DNA of 64,000 nt from Candidatus Hermodarchaeota archaeon (GTDB lineage Archaea; Asgardarchaeota; Thorarchaeia; Thorarchaeales; Thorarchaeaceae). This document shows positions 8,486 through 18,527 of the stretch, one piece after another. Under the pieces are notes generated by a model, which saw only the letters and a list, made by a program, of their open reading frames with translations, searched no databases and was not told the DNA's origin. Positions within the stretch are counted from its first letter, which is position 1. Each line of letters starts with the position of its first letter. The stretch lies in contig JBHLLF010000002.1 of the NCBI GenBank assembly GCA_048885865.1, positions 128,001 to 192,000 of the forward strand, written 5' to 3'. Both the position numbers and the translations under genes were made by a program.

Positions 8486-9646
8486 TCAGAGACTCTCAGC
8501 CAATAGATCTACAATATCAGCGACTCCAATTGAGCTTCCTTCCTGACTTGCTCCCGCATCTAGGTTGCTTACGCAGAAGGGACATGCAGAAGCAATGAGG
8601 TCAGCTCCTGTTTCAATTGCCTGCCTAACCCTATCTGACGCTATTCGTTTGGAGAGATCTGAATCATATGAACGTACACCTCCACCTGCGCCACAACATA
8701 GTGCTGCTTCTCTCGTGGATTCCATCTCTACTAACTCTATCCCCGGAATATCAGAGAGAATCTCCCGCGGTGCATCATAAATTCTGAATTCTCTGCCAAG
8801 ATGACAGGGATCATGGTATGTGACTATCCTTTTCCGTCCAGGTCCTCGAAAGCTCAAATCTCCGTTTCTTATAAGTTCAGCCGCATACTCCACAATATGT
8901 ATCACTTGAGGAAGATCAATACCGAAGCGCTTTGGGAAATCCGACTTGAGTGTTTTTAGGCATCCAGGGCAAGATACAACAATACGCTCAGCTCCTGCCA
9001 CTTCAAATGCTCTTTTGATTCGTTCAGCATTCTCCTTAGCTTCCTCCACTCTGCCAGTCCTAATCATGATAGACCCACAGCATGGTTCTTCCCCAAGCAC
9101 CCCGAAGTCTTCCGCAGCTGCACTCAATATCTTCACAGTTGAGATGGCGATGTTTGGAAGTTTCATCCCTGCGGTACATCCCGTGTAGTAAATCGTAGAT
9201 GCCTTGGCTGGGACATCAAATCCGACCTCCCCTACCCAGTTTCTCCTGATGCTGTTGTCATCCTCATAGGGATTCAGATATTTCAGAATCCGTTCTGCAA
9301 TGGCATCCCTTGATTCATTTGGTGCATCACTCAGAACTTGACGGACCTGTTCGAGAGTCTGCTTGGGATCGAATTCAGCTGCGCAAATCTCTGTGCAATT
9401 TCCACATAGCATGCATGTGAAAATCGATTCGACATTTTCTGCAGTCTTCTCCAGCCTTCCATCGAGGAGCGCCTGTGCAACCTGGATTCTCCCTCTCATG
9501 AAGCTGGTTTCGAAACCACTTGAGTTCCTCCAGACTGGACATACGCCCTCGAAGCCTATAGATTCCAAGACGGCATTTCGACAGATGCCACACCTTCTGC
9601 ACTGAGCCAAGTTCTCAAGGAGGTCATCTATGTCTGCTCCGACCAA
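8486..9646 (-). CDS. (Fe-S)-binding CCG-domain protein (GlcF/HdrD-like)
   Basis: CRRCGIC...CP, CMLCGNCTEIC, two CCG motifs, YHDPCHL. Confidence 0.9.
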   Translation of the reverse strand: MVGADIDDLLENLAQCRRCGICRNAVLESIGFEGVCPVWRNSSGFETSFMRGRIQVAQALLDGRLEKTAENVESIFTCMLCGNCTEICAAEFDPKQTLEQVRQVLSDAPNESRDAIAERILKYLNPYEDDNSIRRNWVGEVGFDVPAKASTIYYTGCTAGMKLPNIAISTVKILSAAAEDFGVLGEEPCCGSIMIRTGRVEEAKENAERIKRAFEVAGAERIVVSCPGCLKTLKSDFPKRFGIDLPQVIHIVEYAAELIRNGDLSFRGPGRKRIVTYHDPCHLGREFRIYDAPREILSDIPGIELVEMESTREAALCCGAGGGVRSYDSDLSKRIASDRVRQAIETGADLIASACPFCVSNLDAGASQEGSSIGVADIVDLLAESL

Positions 9647-9649
9647 CTC

Positions 9650-11056
9650 TCAAATACCTCCTAAGACACCTGGATTCATTATCCCCTTGGGATCGAGCGA
9701 TGCTTTCAGAGACTTCACAAGTCCAAGGTATCTGTCCATCTCCTCAACGCCATCACTCCAATAAGGTGCTAGCTTGAAAGGAACTGCACCAGTCTTGAAT
9801 AGGCGGCGAGCTAGCTCTCCGTGTGCTTCACGCGCCCTCTGCGCTTCATCCCTATCTTGTGGATCATAGAATAGCTGTGGATAGAAATTGTAGCTAGCAT
9901 GTCCCGATTGGAAACCTGCAGTGTGACCTAGAATGTTATATTCCTCCATTACGGACCAGAACTCTTCGATAGTCCTGTGCCAATTTGATGGTGTTTGATG
10001 GTGATACAATATTCGCCAATGCCACCTATGGACATAGGAAGCTCGAACTAGAATCCTCATTCTATTCTTCCACTCACCTTCTGGCAATTCCTTGATGCCA
10101 ATTTCATAGCCACCAGTGCTTTCGCATAGTTTCCTAGTCATCTCAATGTCACTTTGGAGTTGGTCCTTTCGTAATGATCCAAGAACAAGAGAAACTGTGT
10201 ATTTTGGCCAATCATATTTGGGAATTCCAAATTCCTCTCCTATCATTTCGAGGAATAAATCGAGAATGTGACCTTCATAGATGACTGCCCAGAGAGAGCC
10301 AACATCATTTTGCTTTAGCTCAATTAGGAAATGCTCAGCCTGGCCTGCGTCGTCAAAGCCAAAAGTATTGTAGTCGAACTGATGCATCCGCTTGTGGGTC
10401 TTGAGTGATACTTTCGTGATGATGCCAAAACTGCCTAAGGAACCAATAAAGAGCCCAGTAAGGTCTGGACCAAACGAATATCGCAGGAAAGGTCCTGGTG
10501 CATTTGGATTAGCCTCAGATCCAGTCTGAATGATGCGGCCATCCGATAGCACCACCTCCAATCCTAGGACAAATTCTGCAATGCATCCGAATTTCGATGA
10601 TCCAAATCCCGCTCCGTTTACAGCAACATTTCCTGCGACTGTCGCCGAAAGTGATGAGCCAGGGTAGAATGGAACCCACAGGTCATCCGGCTTGAGAAAA
10701 CTGTCAAGCATGCCGTATGTGACACCCGCTCCAACGGTAACTGAACGAAGTTCTTTGTACAGAATAATATTGTTCAATCGCATCATTTCTATGACAAGTC
10801 CGCCATCTTTGGGAATAACTTCTCCTTGAAGGCTAGAACCGCCTGATCTCGGTATAACCGGGATTTGATTCTTGTTTGCAATCCTCATGATTTGCGCAAC
10901 TTCATCGGTATTTCCAGGACGGACCACAGCTCCTGGCATCACAGGGTCATAGCTAGTTGATGCTGAAACAGAATATGCAATTAGCACATCTTTTCTAGTC
11001 GATACATACTCCTTTCCTACAATCTTCTCCAATTCAATGATAACTTTAGGATCCAT
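9650..11056 (-). CDS. FAD-binding oxidoreductase (GlcD/D-lactate dehydrogenase-like)
   Basis: PRSGGSSL, ATVAGNVAVNGAG, GLEVVL, LFIGSLGSFGIIT, LDPKGIMNPG. Confidence 0.9.
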   Translation of the reverse strand: MDPKVIIELEKIVGKEYVSTRKDVLIAYSVSASTSYDPVMPGAVVRPGNTDEVAQIMRIANKNQIPVIPRSGGSSLQGEVIPKDGGLVIEMMRLNNIILYKELRSVTVGAGVTYGMLDSFLKPDDLWVPFYPGSSLSATVAGNVAVNGAGFGSSKFGCIAEFVLGLEVVLSDGRIIQTGSEANPNAPGPFLRYSFGPDLTGLFIGSLGSFGIITKVSLKTHKRMHQFDYNTFGFDDAGQAEHFLIELKQNDVGSLWAVIYEGHILDLFLEMIGEEFGIPKYDWPKYTVSLVLGSLRKDQLQSDIEMTRKLCESTGGYEIGIKELPEGEWKNRMRILVRASYVHRWHWRILYHHQTPSNWHRTIEEFWSVMEEYNILGHTAGFQSGHASYNFYPQLFYDPQDRDEAQRAREAHGELARRLFKTGAVPFKLAPYWSDGVEEMDRYLGLVKSLKASLDPKGIMNPGVLGGI

Positions 11057-11149
11057 TTTATCACCTCCGCGTACCTGAGCGAATCATAAAATGCACTGAA
11101 TCATCATCAAGTCGCTCGTGGTTTTTTGGGCCGCTTTTATAGATGCTGC

Positions 11150-11800
11150 TTATTTTCTGACATCATTAACAATATCAAGAAACATCTTGACATTTTCAGT
11201 GATGACTTCATAGCGGCCATCCTTTATTGCCTTCTTATCAGTAATGGCGCTACCTACACCTAACGCAAAAGCCCCTGCTTCCAGCAATGGACGTGCCGTT
11301 TCTAAATTGACGCCCCCTGTGGGTACTAGCGGAATCTGGGGAAGAGGTGCTCTCACAGCCTTGATGTACTCGGCTCCTCCAAGATTTCCACATGGAAAAA
11401 TCTTGACTGCATCGGATCCAAGATTATACGCATCAAGAATCTCTGTTGGTGTCAGCGCGCCAGGAATGCAAGGCTTGGAGTGTTTCTTTGTTGCTTCGAT
11501 AAGCTCCCTTGAGTATCCCGGACTTACAATGAATTCGCTGCCTGCAGCCACTGCATCGTCAACCATCTTGGCGTTGAGAACCGTTCCGGTACCAATCAGA
11601 ACCTTGTCACCTAGTTCATCAGTGAGCTGTCGGACTACATCGGTTGCTCCCGGAACACTGAAGGTGACTTCAATGATTCTCACTCCACCCTTGAGGAATG
11701 CATCTGCGACCTTCATTGCAGTTTCAGAAGAATCGACGCGGATTATTGGAATAAGTCCAGTCCTCTGTATCAACTCTAGAGCTTTCTCTTTTTCCCACAT
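11150..11800 (-). CDS. eda: KDPG/KHG aldolase, bacterial type
   Basis: IEVTF, IGTGTVL, FIVSP, PGALTPTEI, Schiff-base KIFP, PTGGV. Confidence 0.92.
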   Translation of the reverse strand: MWEKEKALELIQRTGLIPIIRVDSSETAMKVADAFLKGGVRIIEVTFSVPGATDVVRQLTDELGDKVLIGTGTVLNAKMVDDAVAAGSEFIVSPGYSRELIEATKKHSKPCIPGALTPTEILDAYNLGSDAVKIFPCGNLGGAEYIKAVRAPLPQIPLVPTGGVNLETARPLLEAGAFALGVGSAITDKKAIKDGRYEVITENVKMFLDIVNDVRK

Positions 11801-11810
11801 GACTTCAACC

Positions 11811-12806
11811 CTACCTATCTATCCTGAGGCCGCGTTCACGTCCTTTGATGAGCTTCTCAACTTCTTCCTTGTATACGAAGGCCAGGTCTCCAGGCACGGA
11901 GTGTTTCAATGCTGAAAATGCAGAGCCAAAGTCCACAGCTTTCTGAAGGTCGTTCAGAATGAGGTAGCCGTAGATGAAACCTGCGCTGCATGAGTCGCCT
12001 CCTCCAAGTCGATCTATCACTTCAACATCATATACGGGGCTTTTGTAGACTTTACCATCAGAATACGCGAATACTGACCATTTGTTTGTAAGAACGGTGG
12101 GAGTTTCTCGAATCGTGATTACAACCACTTCAAATCCGAATTTCTCAGTCAGCTTCTTGGCGACGTCTTCGTAGTCCTTACCCTCAATACCATAGACCAC
12201 CTTCGTGTCCTCTTCTGTGGTAATCAATATGTCAATGTACTCTGAGGCTGGCTCAGTAAACTCTCTCGCCTCTTCTGGTGTCCATAGCTTGCCTCGATAG
12301 TTTACATCGTATGAAACCTTGCAGCCCTTTTCTTTAGCTATCGTCAAAACTTCCGTAGTGGCATCTGCGCATGAGGCACTCAATGCAGGAGTGATGCCGC
12401 TGGTGTGGAATAGCTTTGTGCCATCAAGTATCTTGTTCCATGGAACCTCTCTAGGCATGATCTTGCTTATTGCGGACTCCTTCCTATCGTAGATGACTCG
12501 ATTTGTCCTAGGAGCCGCTCCAAATTCAACGAAGTAGACGCCGCAGCGACTATCTGGATCCCAGAGAATATGGGATGTATCAACACCATGCTCTCTAGCC
12601 TGGTTTCGGATGAAATGGCCAATGGAGTTGTCACCGAGCTTCGTTACATAGGCTGAGCTGAGCTCAAGACGGGAACATGCCACAGCCACATTCATCTCAG
12701 CTCCCCCTGCATGAGCGTTGAAGCTGTGAGTCTGTTCAAATCTCATAAAGTTGGGAGGTGATAGTCGGAGCATGACCTCTCCAAAGGTGACTACATCATA
12801 TCCCAT
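11811..12806 (-). CDS. kdgK: 2-keto-3-deoxygluconate kinase (PfkB family)
   Basis: FGEVMLRLSP, GGAEMNVA, YDR..SA, SGITPALS, DVNYR.KLW, DRLGGGDS. Confidence 0.85.
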   Translation of the reverse strand: MGYDVVTFGEVMLRLSPPNFMRFEQTHSFNAHAGGAEMNVAVACSRLELSSAYVTKLGDNSIGHFIRNQAREHGVDTSHILWDPDSRCGVYFVEFGAAPRTNRVIYDRKESAISKIMPREVPWNKILDGTKLFHTSGITPALSASCADATTEVLTIAKEKGCKVSYDVNYRGKLWTPEEAREFTEPASEYIDILITTEEDTKVVYGIEGKDYEDVAKKLTEKFGFEVVVITIRETPTVLTNKWSVFAYSDGKVYKSPVYDVEVIDRLGGGDSCSAGFIYGYLILNDLQKAVDFGSAFSALKHSVPGDLAFVYKEEVEKLIKGRERGLRIDR

Positions 12807-12885
12807 TGAATCACACTCTTTGGTCGATTAAACAAGAAGAGAAGGAATGGTCTGAGAGTTAAATCTGCCGTAAGTAGGATGATGC

Positions 12886-15231
12886 TTAAGTGCTAGGCCT
12901 GAACTCCGTTCGTGCAATTACCTCATCCTGAACAAATGGGTCAAGTTCAATGAAGTAAGCACTGTAACCTGCAACGCGTACGATGAGATCCCTATGTTGC
13001 AGGGGATTCACTTTCGCATCCTCCAATGTTTCCTTGTCCACGACATTGAACTGTACATGCAGTCCTCCAAGCTTGAAATATCCGTCAATTAGACTGATGA
13101 ATTTCTTTCTGCTAGAAGTGGATTCGAAGTAATCCGGAGTGAACTTCATGTTGTAGAGTGTTCCATTGTAGCAAAGCCTGTGGTCCAGTCGCGCCACGGA
13201 GTTCATAGCAGCAGTTGGCCCATGAACGTCGCGATTCTGAGTTGGCGACACGCCGTCAGAAATCATCTTTCCAGCTTTTCTGCCATCTGGAGTTGCTCCA
13301 AGAACCTCGCCTTGAGGTATATACATAGAAACTGAGAATAGTGCACCATGATACGGACCATTTCGCGTTGTCATCCTTTTCTGAATTGAATTACAGAAGG
13401 CTCTGCCTGTGTCACGAGCTAAGAAGTCTACTCGCTCAATGTCATTTCCGTATTTATCAGGATCGTTCTCAAGACGAATTCTGAATTCTTCTTTACCTTC
13501 ATAATCGTTCTCTAGCATCTGAAGCATCTGGTCCATCGAGATTTCAGTTGACTCGAATACGTATTTCCTTACCATCGAAAGCGAGTCGGCTACAATCGCA
13601 ACGCCGGTGCCCATTATGCCTCCGGAGTTATACTTCGCTCCTCCTTCCTGCATTGTCTTTCCAATTTCCAAGCAACCCTGAAGGAGTGATGAGATGAAGG
13701 GTGTAGGTTTTTCGCTTGAGAGAATACCTGCCGCTACTCTATCCGCCCTCGTGAGGAGGTCGATGGCGTGATCAAGCTGTTTCTCATAAGCTTGCCAGAG
13801 TTCATCAAATGATTTGAAGTCCCTTGGGTCACCAGTCAAGAGACCTACCATTTCTCCAGTACCCGGGTCTCTACCGTTATTGAGGGTTATCTCTAGAATC
13901 TTTGGCAAATTGACATAGCCGATATTCTGCCTTGGATCTGACTTTCCAGCTATGATAGGCTCTACGCATCCAAGGATGGAATAGTCATGGATTTCGGAGG
14001 GATCCGTTCCCTTATCCTTCATTAGTGGGATTATAATCTCATCATTGAATAGGCCCGGCATACCTAGTCCTTTGGAGATGACATCAACAACCTTGAGTTT
14101 GAATCTCTCTGGTGTCCCCTTATGCCACCTAAATGAAATGGTGGGCTGAGTAACTCTTGTGTTTCCAGTGGCCTCAAGAATGAGTTCTGTTAAGTCATTA
14201 CATGCATCATCACCATTGGAGTCCTGACCGCCAATGGTAAGATTCTGAAACATAGGAAATCCTGCAAAAGCTACGCTATAGTATTCATTGCGGAGCTTGA
14301 TTACAGAGGCGAATTTTATCCACAACATCTCTAGGAGCTCGATGGCTGTTTCCTTGTTTATCAGACCTGACGCAATATCCTTGCTGTAGAAGGGATACAT
14401 GTATTGGTCGAATCTTCCAGTTGATACAGAATGGCCATTCGACTCCAATTGCACTAGCAAATGAATGAACCAAAATGACTGTAGCGCCTCATGAAATGAA
14501 GTGGCTGGCTTGGCAGGCACTCTTCTACATATCTCTGCCATTTGCTCAAGTTCTTTCCTGCGTTCTGGTTCATTTGTATCTGCAGCCATTTGCTCTGCCA
14601 AGTCTGCATATCGATTGGCGAACCCAATAACTCCTGCTATTGAAATTTCAACAGCCTCATAGAATTCCTGTTTGTCCTTGTCCTTTGTCTTGGCCTGAAG
14701 GCTAGCAGCTTCACTGGCCATCGCTTCAAGCCCTTCAGATAGAACACGTTCGTAGTCTGGAATGAAGTGGCCAATTCCAGTACCTGGCGCTCCAATAGTG
14801 AACAATCCAGCTTTAGATGCACGCTGTGAATCCGCAGGCATTTCTTCCCGAGCGATTTCAGCTGTGCTTTTCCCTTTCCAATATTCAAAGACATCTCTGA
14901 GTGTCTTTTTGTCGGATTCTTCTATCTCAAAACGTTCAGTTCGTCGCTTGTTGAATCGGTCAAGCTCGTCATAAATCCAAGTCCAACTATATTCTGGGAA
15001 GATCTGACAGGAGCGAGGAGTGGGTCCCATGTTTGCCACAATGACCTCTTCTGGCTCAATTCGTAGAGTCATATTATCTAGGACGAATGAAAATGCCTTT
15101 GCCATTCTAATCTTAGCTGGCTCATCTTCATGCGATTTGAGATACTCTGTGAAAAGCCTCGCTCTCTCTGAGGATATAGTTGGCTGAGCATCTAACATGC
15201 GGTCGCGCAAGCGACTGGTCCGAGAGTTCAT
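12886..15231 (-). CDS. Glycyl radical enzyme, eliminase (diol dehydratase/YbiW-like) class
   Basis: Cys loop GCVEP, Gly loop RVAGYS, ESNGHS, FPEYS.W..DELDR, ATPDGR. Single active-site Cys, so not PFL. Confidence 0.93.
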   Translation of the reverse strand: MNSRTSRLRDRMLDAQPTISSERARLFTEYLKSHEDEPAKIRMAKAFSFVLDNMTLRIEPEEVIVANMGPTPRSCQIFPEYSWTWIYDELDRFNKRRTERFEIEESDKKTLRDVFEYWKGKSTAEIAREEMPADSQRASKAGLFTIGAPGTGIGHFIPDYERVLSEGLEAMASEAASLQAKTKDKDKQEFYEAVEISIAGVIGFANRYADLAEQMAADTNEPERRKELEQMAEICRRVPAKPATSFHEALQSFWFIHLLVQLESNGHSVSTGRFDQYMYPFYSKDIASGLINKETAIELLEMLWIKFASVIKLRNEYYSVAFAGFPMFQNLTIGGQDSNGDDACNDLTELILEATGNTRVTQPTISFRWHKGTPERFKLKVVDVISKGLGMPGLFNDEIIIPLMKDKGTDPSEIHDYSILGCVEPIIAGKSDPRQNIGYVNLPKILEITLNNGRDPGTGEMVGLLTGDPRDFKSFDELWQAYEKQLDHAIDLLTRADRVAAGILSSEKPTPFISSLLQGCLEIGKTMQEGGAKYNSGGIMGTGVAIVADSLSMVRKYVFESTEISMDQMLQMLENDYEGKEEFRIRLENDPDKYGNDIERVDFLARDTGRAFCNSIQKRMTTRNGPYHGALFSVSMYIPQGEVLGATPDGRKAGKMISDGVSPTQNRDVHGPTAAMNSVARLDHRLCYNGTLYNMKFTPDYFESTSSRKKFISLIDGYFKLGGLHVQFNVVDKETLEDAKVNPLQHRDLIVRVAGYSAYFIELDPFVQDEVIARTEFRPST

Positions 15232-15287
15232 CGTCAAATATACTAGCACGATAGCTATTTACTCTTCCCCTAGCGCCAAAATTCGAG

Positions 15288-16448
15288 CTATCGAAGGAGC
15301 TTCGGCAAATATGTATCAAGTCTCTGGATGGCATCTTCAATCGTTTCAGTAGACATGGCATAGCAGATACGAAGGAACCCTTCACCATAATGGCCAAAAG
15401 CTGAACCATGAACTGTGACAACACCGGTGTCCTCTACAAGCTTAACTGCCAGGTCTAATGACTTGATTCCGAATGCGCTAACATCAGGGAAGACATAGAA
15501 CGCGCCCCCAGGCGGAGCTAATTCAACTCCCTCAATTGCATTCAATCCCTTTGTTATGATATCTCGTCGCTTTCTGAATGTGTCAGTCATTATCTTCACA
15601 GAGTCCTGTGGTCCACTTACAGCTGCTTGTGCAGCTTTTTGTGAGATTGAGGTAGGCATCGATAACACATGTTCCTGAAGTTTGACCATATTCTCTATTA
15701 TCTCTGCGGGACCAGTTGCGAAGCCAATTCTCCATCCTGTCATTGCGTAGGTCTTTGAGAACGAGAAGAGTGAGACTGTTCTTTCCTTCATTCCAGGTAG
15801 CGATCCAATGAAGAGCGGCTTTTCATCGTTCCATCTAAACTTCTCATACGCACCATCCGCTAGGACATACAAATCATGCTCGATTGCGATTTCAGCGATT
15901 CTCTTGAGTTCGTTTCTCGGAATGGTTCCCCCAGTAGGATTGTTGGGGAAATTGAGAACCAGCAGCTTAGTCTTGTCAGTAATCAATTCCAGGAGGTCGT
16001 CAGCTTTGAAGGAAAAACCCAGCTCTCTCTTAAGCTGAATTGGAACCCCTATTCCACCACACATTGCGATATGTGCAGCATGGCTTACAAATCCAGGGTC
16101 TGGATAGATTACCTCATCTCCTGAATCGACAATGACAAGATTAGAGAGCAATAGGGAGCCCATGCCTCCTGCAGTGCAGATAATCTCTGTGACAGGGTCA
16201 GCGTCTATGCCATTATCTCGCTTAAGCTTCTCTGCAAATGCTTCGCGGACTTCAGGTAAGCCAGCATTGTGGGTATACTTCGTGTACCCGTCTGCAATTG
16301 CCTGATATGCGGCATCCTTGATGTACTGTGGAGTATCGAAATCAGGCATACCGACTGTCATATCAAGTGCATTCTCTCTACCCATTGCCATTCTGAACAT
16401 CTTTCGAATCTCGCTGGCCACAATGATTTCATTTCTCTTCGCGAGCAT
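15288..16448 (-). CDS. PLP-dependent aminotransferase class I/II
   Basis: PNNPTG, DGAYE, SFSKTYAMTGWRIG. Confidence 0.92.
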   Translation of the reverse strand: MLAKRNEIIVASEIRKMFRMAMGRENALDMTVGMPDFDTPQYIKDAAYQAIADGYTKYTHNAGLPEVREAFAEKLKRDNGIDADPVTEIICTAGGMGSLLLSNLVIVDSGDEVIYPDPGFVSHAAHIAMCGGIGVPIQLKRELGFSFKADDLLELITDKTKLLVLNFPNNPTGGTIPRNELKRIAEIAIEHDLYVLADGAYEKFRWNDEKPLFIGSLPGMKERTVSLFSFSKTYAMTGWRIGFATGPAEIIENMVKLQEHVLSMPTSISQKAAQAAVSGPQDSVKIMTDTFRKRRDIITKGLNAIEGVELAPPGGAFYVFPDVSAFGIKSLDLAVKLVEDTGVVTVHGSAFGHYGEGFLRICYAMSTETIEDAIQRLDTYLPKLLR

Positions 16449-16597
16449 TACTAGTCCCTGATGGTGGCGGAGTCCACCTGCTTTATATAATGTGCCAATT
16501 GGACCACCTGATTATCTGAGGTTAATGTCCTCAATGCATAGGAGATTTAAGACGCCATTAGGAAACATAGCCAAGGATGACCATAGGAGAACAATAA

Positions 16598-17266
16598 ATG
16601 ATTGACAAACGACAAGCAATAATCGATCGTTGCATGAAGCTCTATGTGGCGGCATTCTCAGATGCGGCTGATGAGGTTGGCATCGGTCGAGTATGCATGG
16701 ATAGTGGCATAGTTCCTTTGACAAAGAATGTGAGAATGGCTGGATTTGCACGAACCGGTAGAATGGTCCGTTCGCCATCTCAGCAGCCTTATGACGAGAA
16801 GCAACTCGATCATCTAATGAGCTTGTCGACAGACGCCGAGCCTGGAGACCTTTTGGTCATCGACTCTGGAGGAGCGAAGGATTGCTCAGTATGGGGCCAA
16901 GTGTTGACAAAGATAGGCATCCCTCGGGGCATTCAAGGTGCTGTGGTCGATGGCACATCACGAGACATTGTAGATATTGACGAGGTTGGGTTTACGGTAT
17001 TTGCCCGAGGACGTCATCCAGGCACTATGAGAGGTCGACTTGATGTTGAATCCGTAAACCAACAGATAGTGTGCGGCGGAGTCATTGTGAATCCGGGCGA
17101 TCTTATCTTTGCGGATGGAGACGGAGTTGTAGTGATTCCTCAGGACAAGATTGAGGAGGTCCTAAAGCACGCTGAGGGAGTAGTTGATACTGACAACTGG
17201 TGGTCAGAGAAGCTTGATGATGGCGAGGACCCTCATGAGCTTCACAAGGAACGGCCTATTCCCTAG
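16598..17266 (+). CDS. RraA-family / HMG (4-hydroxy-4-methyl-2-oxoglutarate) aldolase-like protein
   Basis: WGQVL, DGTSRD, PGDLIFADGDGVVVIP. Confidence 0.85.
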   Translation: MIDKRQAIIDRCMKLYVAAFSDAADEVGIGRVCMDSGIVPLTKNVRMAGFARTGRMVRSPSQQPYDEKQLDHLMSLSTDAEPGDLLVIDSGGAKDCSVWGQVLTKIGIPRGIQGAVVDGTSRDIVDIDEVGFTVFARGRHPGTMRGRLDVESVNQQIVCGGVIVNPGDLIFADGDGVVVIPQDKIEEVLKHAEGVVDTDNWWSEKLDDGEDPHELHKERPIP

Positions 17267-18393
17267 AAATTGAGGGGATACCTTCCCCTCTTCTCGGCAT
17301 AGTCATACATCTCAAGAATCTTCTCTGGAGTAGAATCCGGCTGTATGTTGTGGGCTGGAGCTAGAATATAGCCTCCACCCGGTGCGAGTGCTTTCAAGCG
17401 CGTATCTATCTCGCTCCTGAGGTCATCAGAAGTGCCTCTCTCAGACATAGCCCGTTGAAGGTCAACTCCGCCATGAAAGGTTAGTCTGTCACCGTATTTC
17501 TCTTTTAGAATAGCAGAGTCCATTCCCTTTGCAAGAGGCTGAATCGGATTCAGAATATCCACATCAACCTCCAATAGGTCATTAATCATCGGCTCTACTG
17601 CTCCGCAGCTGTGATACAGAATTTTGACGTGAGGAGCTCTCTTGTGGATGTCACCATAGATTTTCTTGTGCCGAGGTTTTACGAGCTTCTTGTACATCCG
17701 AGGACTCATAATCAGACCATCTTGATGCCCGAGGTCGTCACCTACTTGTACAATGTCCAGATACTCTCCTGCTTCATCCAAAAGGACTCTATTCATATCG
17801 AGTGCCAACTCCATTGCTTTGTCCATCATTGCTTCCGCAAGCTTTGTGCGTTGGCCCAGATCAATCAAGAACTTGTCAAATCCGCGCATATAGTGCTCAC
17901 ATATCTCAAAGACTCCCCATGGCCCGCCCACCATCCCAACCACTGCATAGTCAGTTTTATCATGGAGGTACTTCGCCCACTCAACAACGCCTTCCATTCG
18001 TGAAGAATCATCAGCATCCGGCCACGGATACTCCTCGACTTGTTCCACTTCTGTGAACTCAGCCCATGGGAAATAGGTCACTTCCCAGTAGAGGCCGATG
18101 TATTTTCCGCGAAAGCCATATTCTGTGTCGGTAGAGCCATCAGGATAGGTCCTCATCTTGAAACTTGAAGATGGATTCATGTACACACGTCGGAAGTCTA
18201 CATGAAGTCTACGCAGCATTTCCTCAGAGATTTTCCATGCTTCCATTATACCCCATTCTTGATCCTCCTTGGCAGTTATGCCTAGGTGATCTCGCAAGTT
18301 GCGGTACGCAGCCGACGTTGTCCAATAGTCGATTGGCACCCTATCTGGCTCCTCATGGTTAACAGCTTTGTGGAATCTCTCTCGTGAACTCAT
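17263..18393 (-). CDS. UroD/MtaA-CmuA family protein (candidate methylcorrinoid acceptor methyltransferase)
   Basis: EPDRVP, GDDLG.Q, HSCG, LNPIQ, GGGYILAPAHNIQ. Confidence 0.8.
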   Translation of the reverse strand: MSSRERFHKAVNHEEPDRVPIDYWTTSAAYRNLRDHLGITAKEDQEWGIMEAWKISEEMLRRLHVDFRRVYMNPSSSFKMRTYPDGSTDTEYGFRGKYIGLYWEVTYFPWAEFTEVEQVEEYPWPDADDSSRMEGVVEWAKYLHDKTDYAVVGMVGGPWGVFEICEHYMRGFDKFLIDLGQRTKLAEAMMDKAMELALDMNRVLLDEAGEYLDIVQVGDDLGHQDGLIMSPRMYKKLVKPRHKKIYGDIHKRAPHVKILYHSCGAVEPMINDLLEVDVDILNPIQPLAKGMDSAILKEKYGDRLTFHGGVDLQRAMSERGTSDDLRSEIDTRLKALAPGGGYILAPAHNIQPDSTPEKILEMYDYAEKRGRYPLNF

Positions 18394-18527
18394 TCTTGAT
18401 TGACACTCCTGAGAATGTGCTAATTCCGCTTGTGGGATTTAACTCCGCCTTAAGATGCAACCGCTAATTAAACCTTCAGCGGAAATGTTTATGTAGTTCG
18501 CAGCGTCAGGGCGTCTTCTTAGGGAGA

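Noticed and set aside
12886-15231. Pyruvate formate-lyase or hydroxyproline dehydratase call
   Set aside because: Lacks the PFL Cys-Cys pair; surrounding motifs resemble diol dehydratase/YbiW types rather than HypD.
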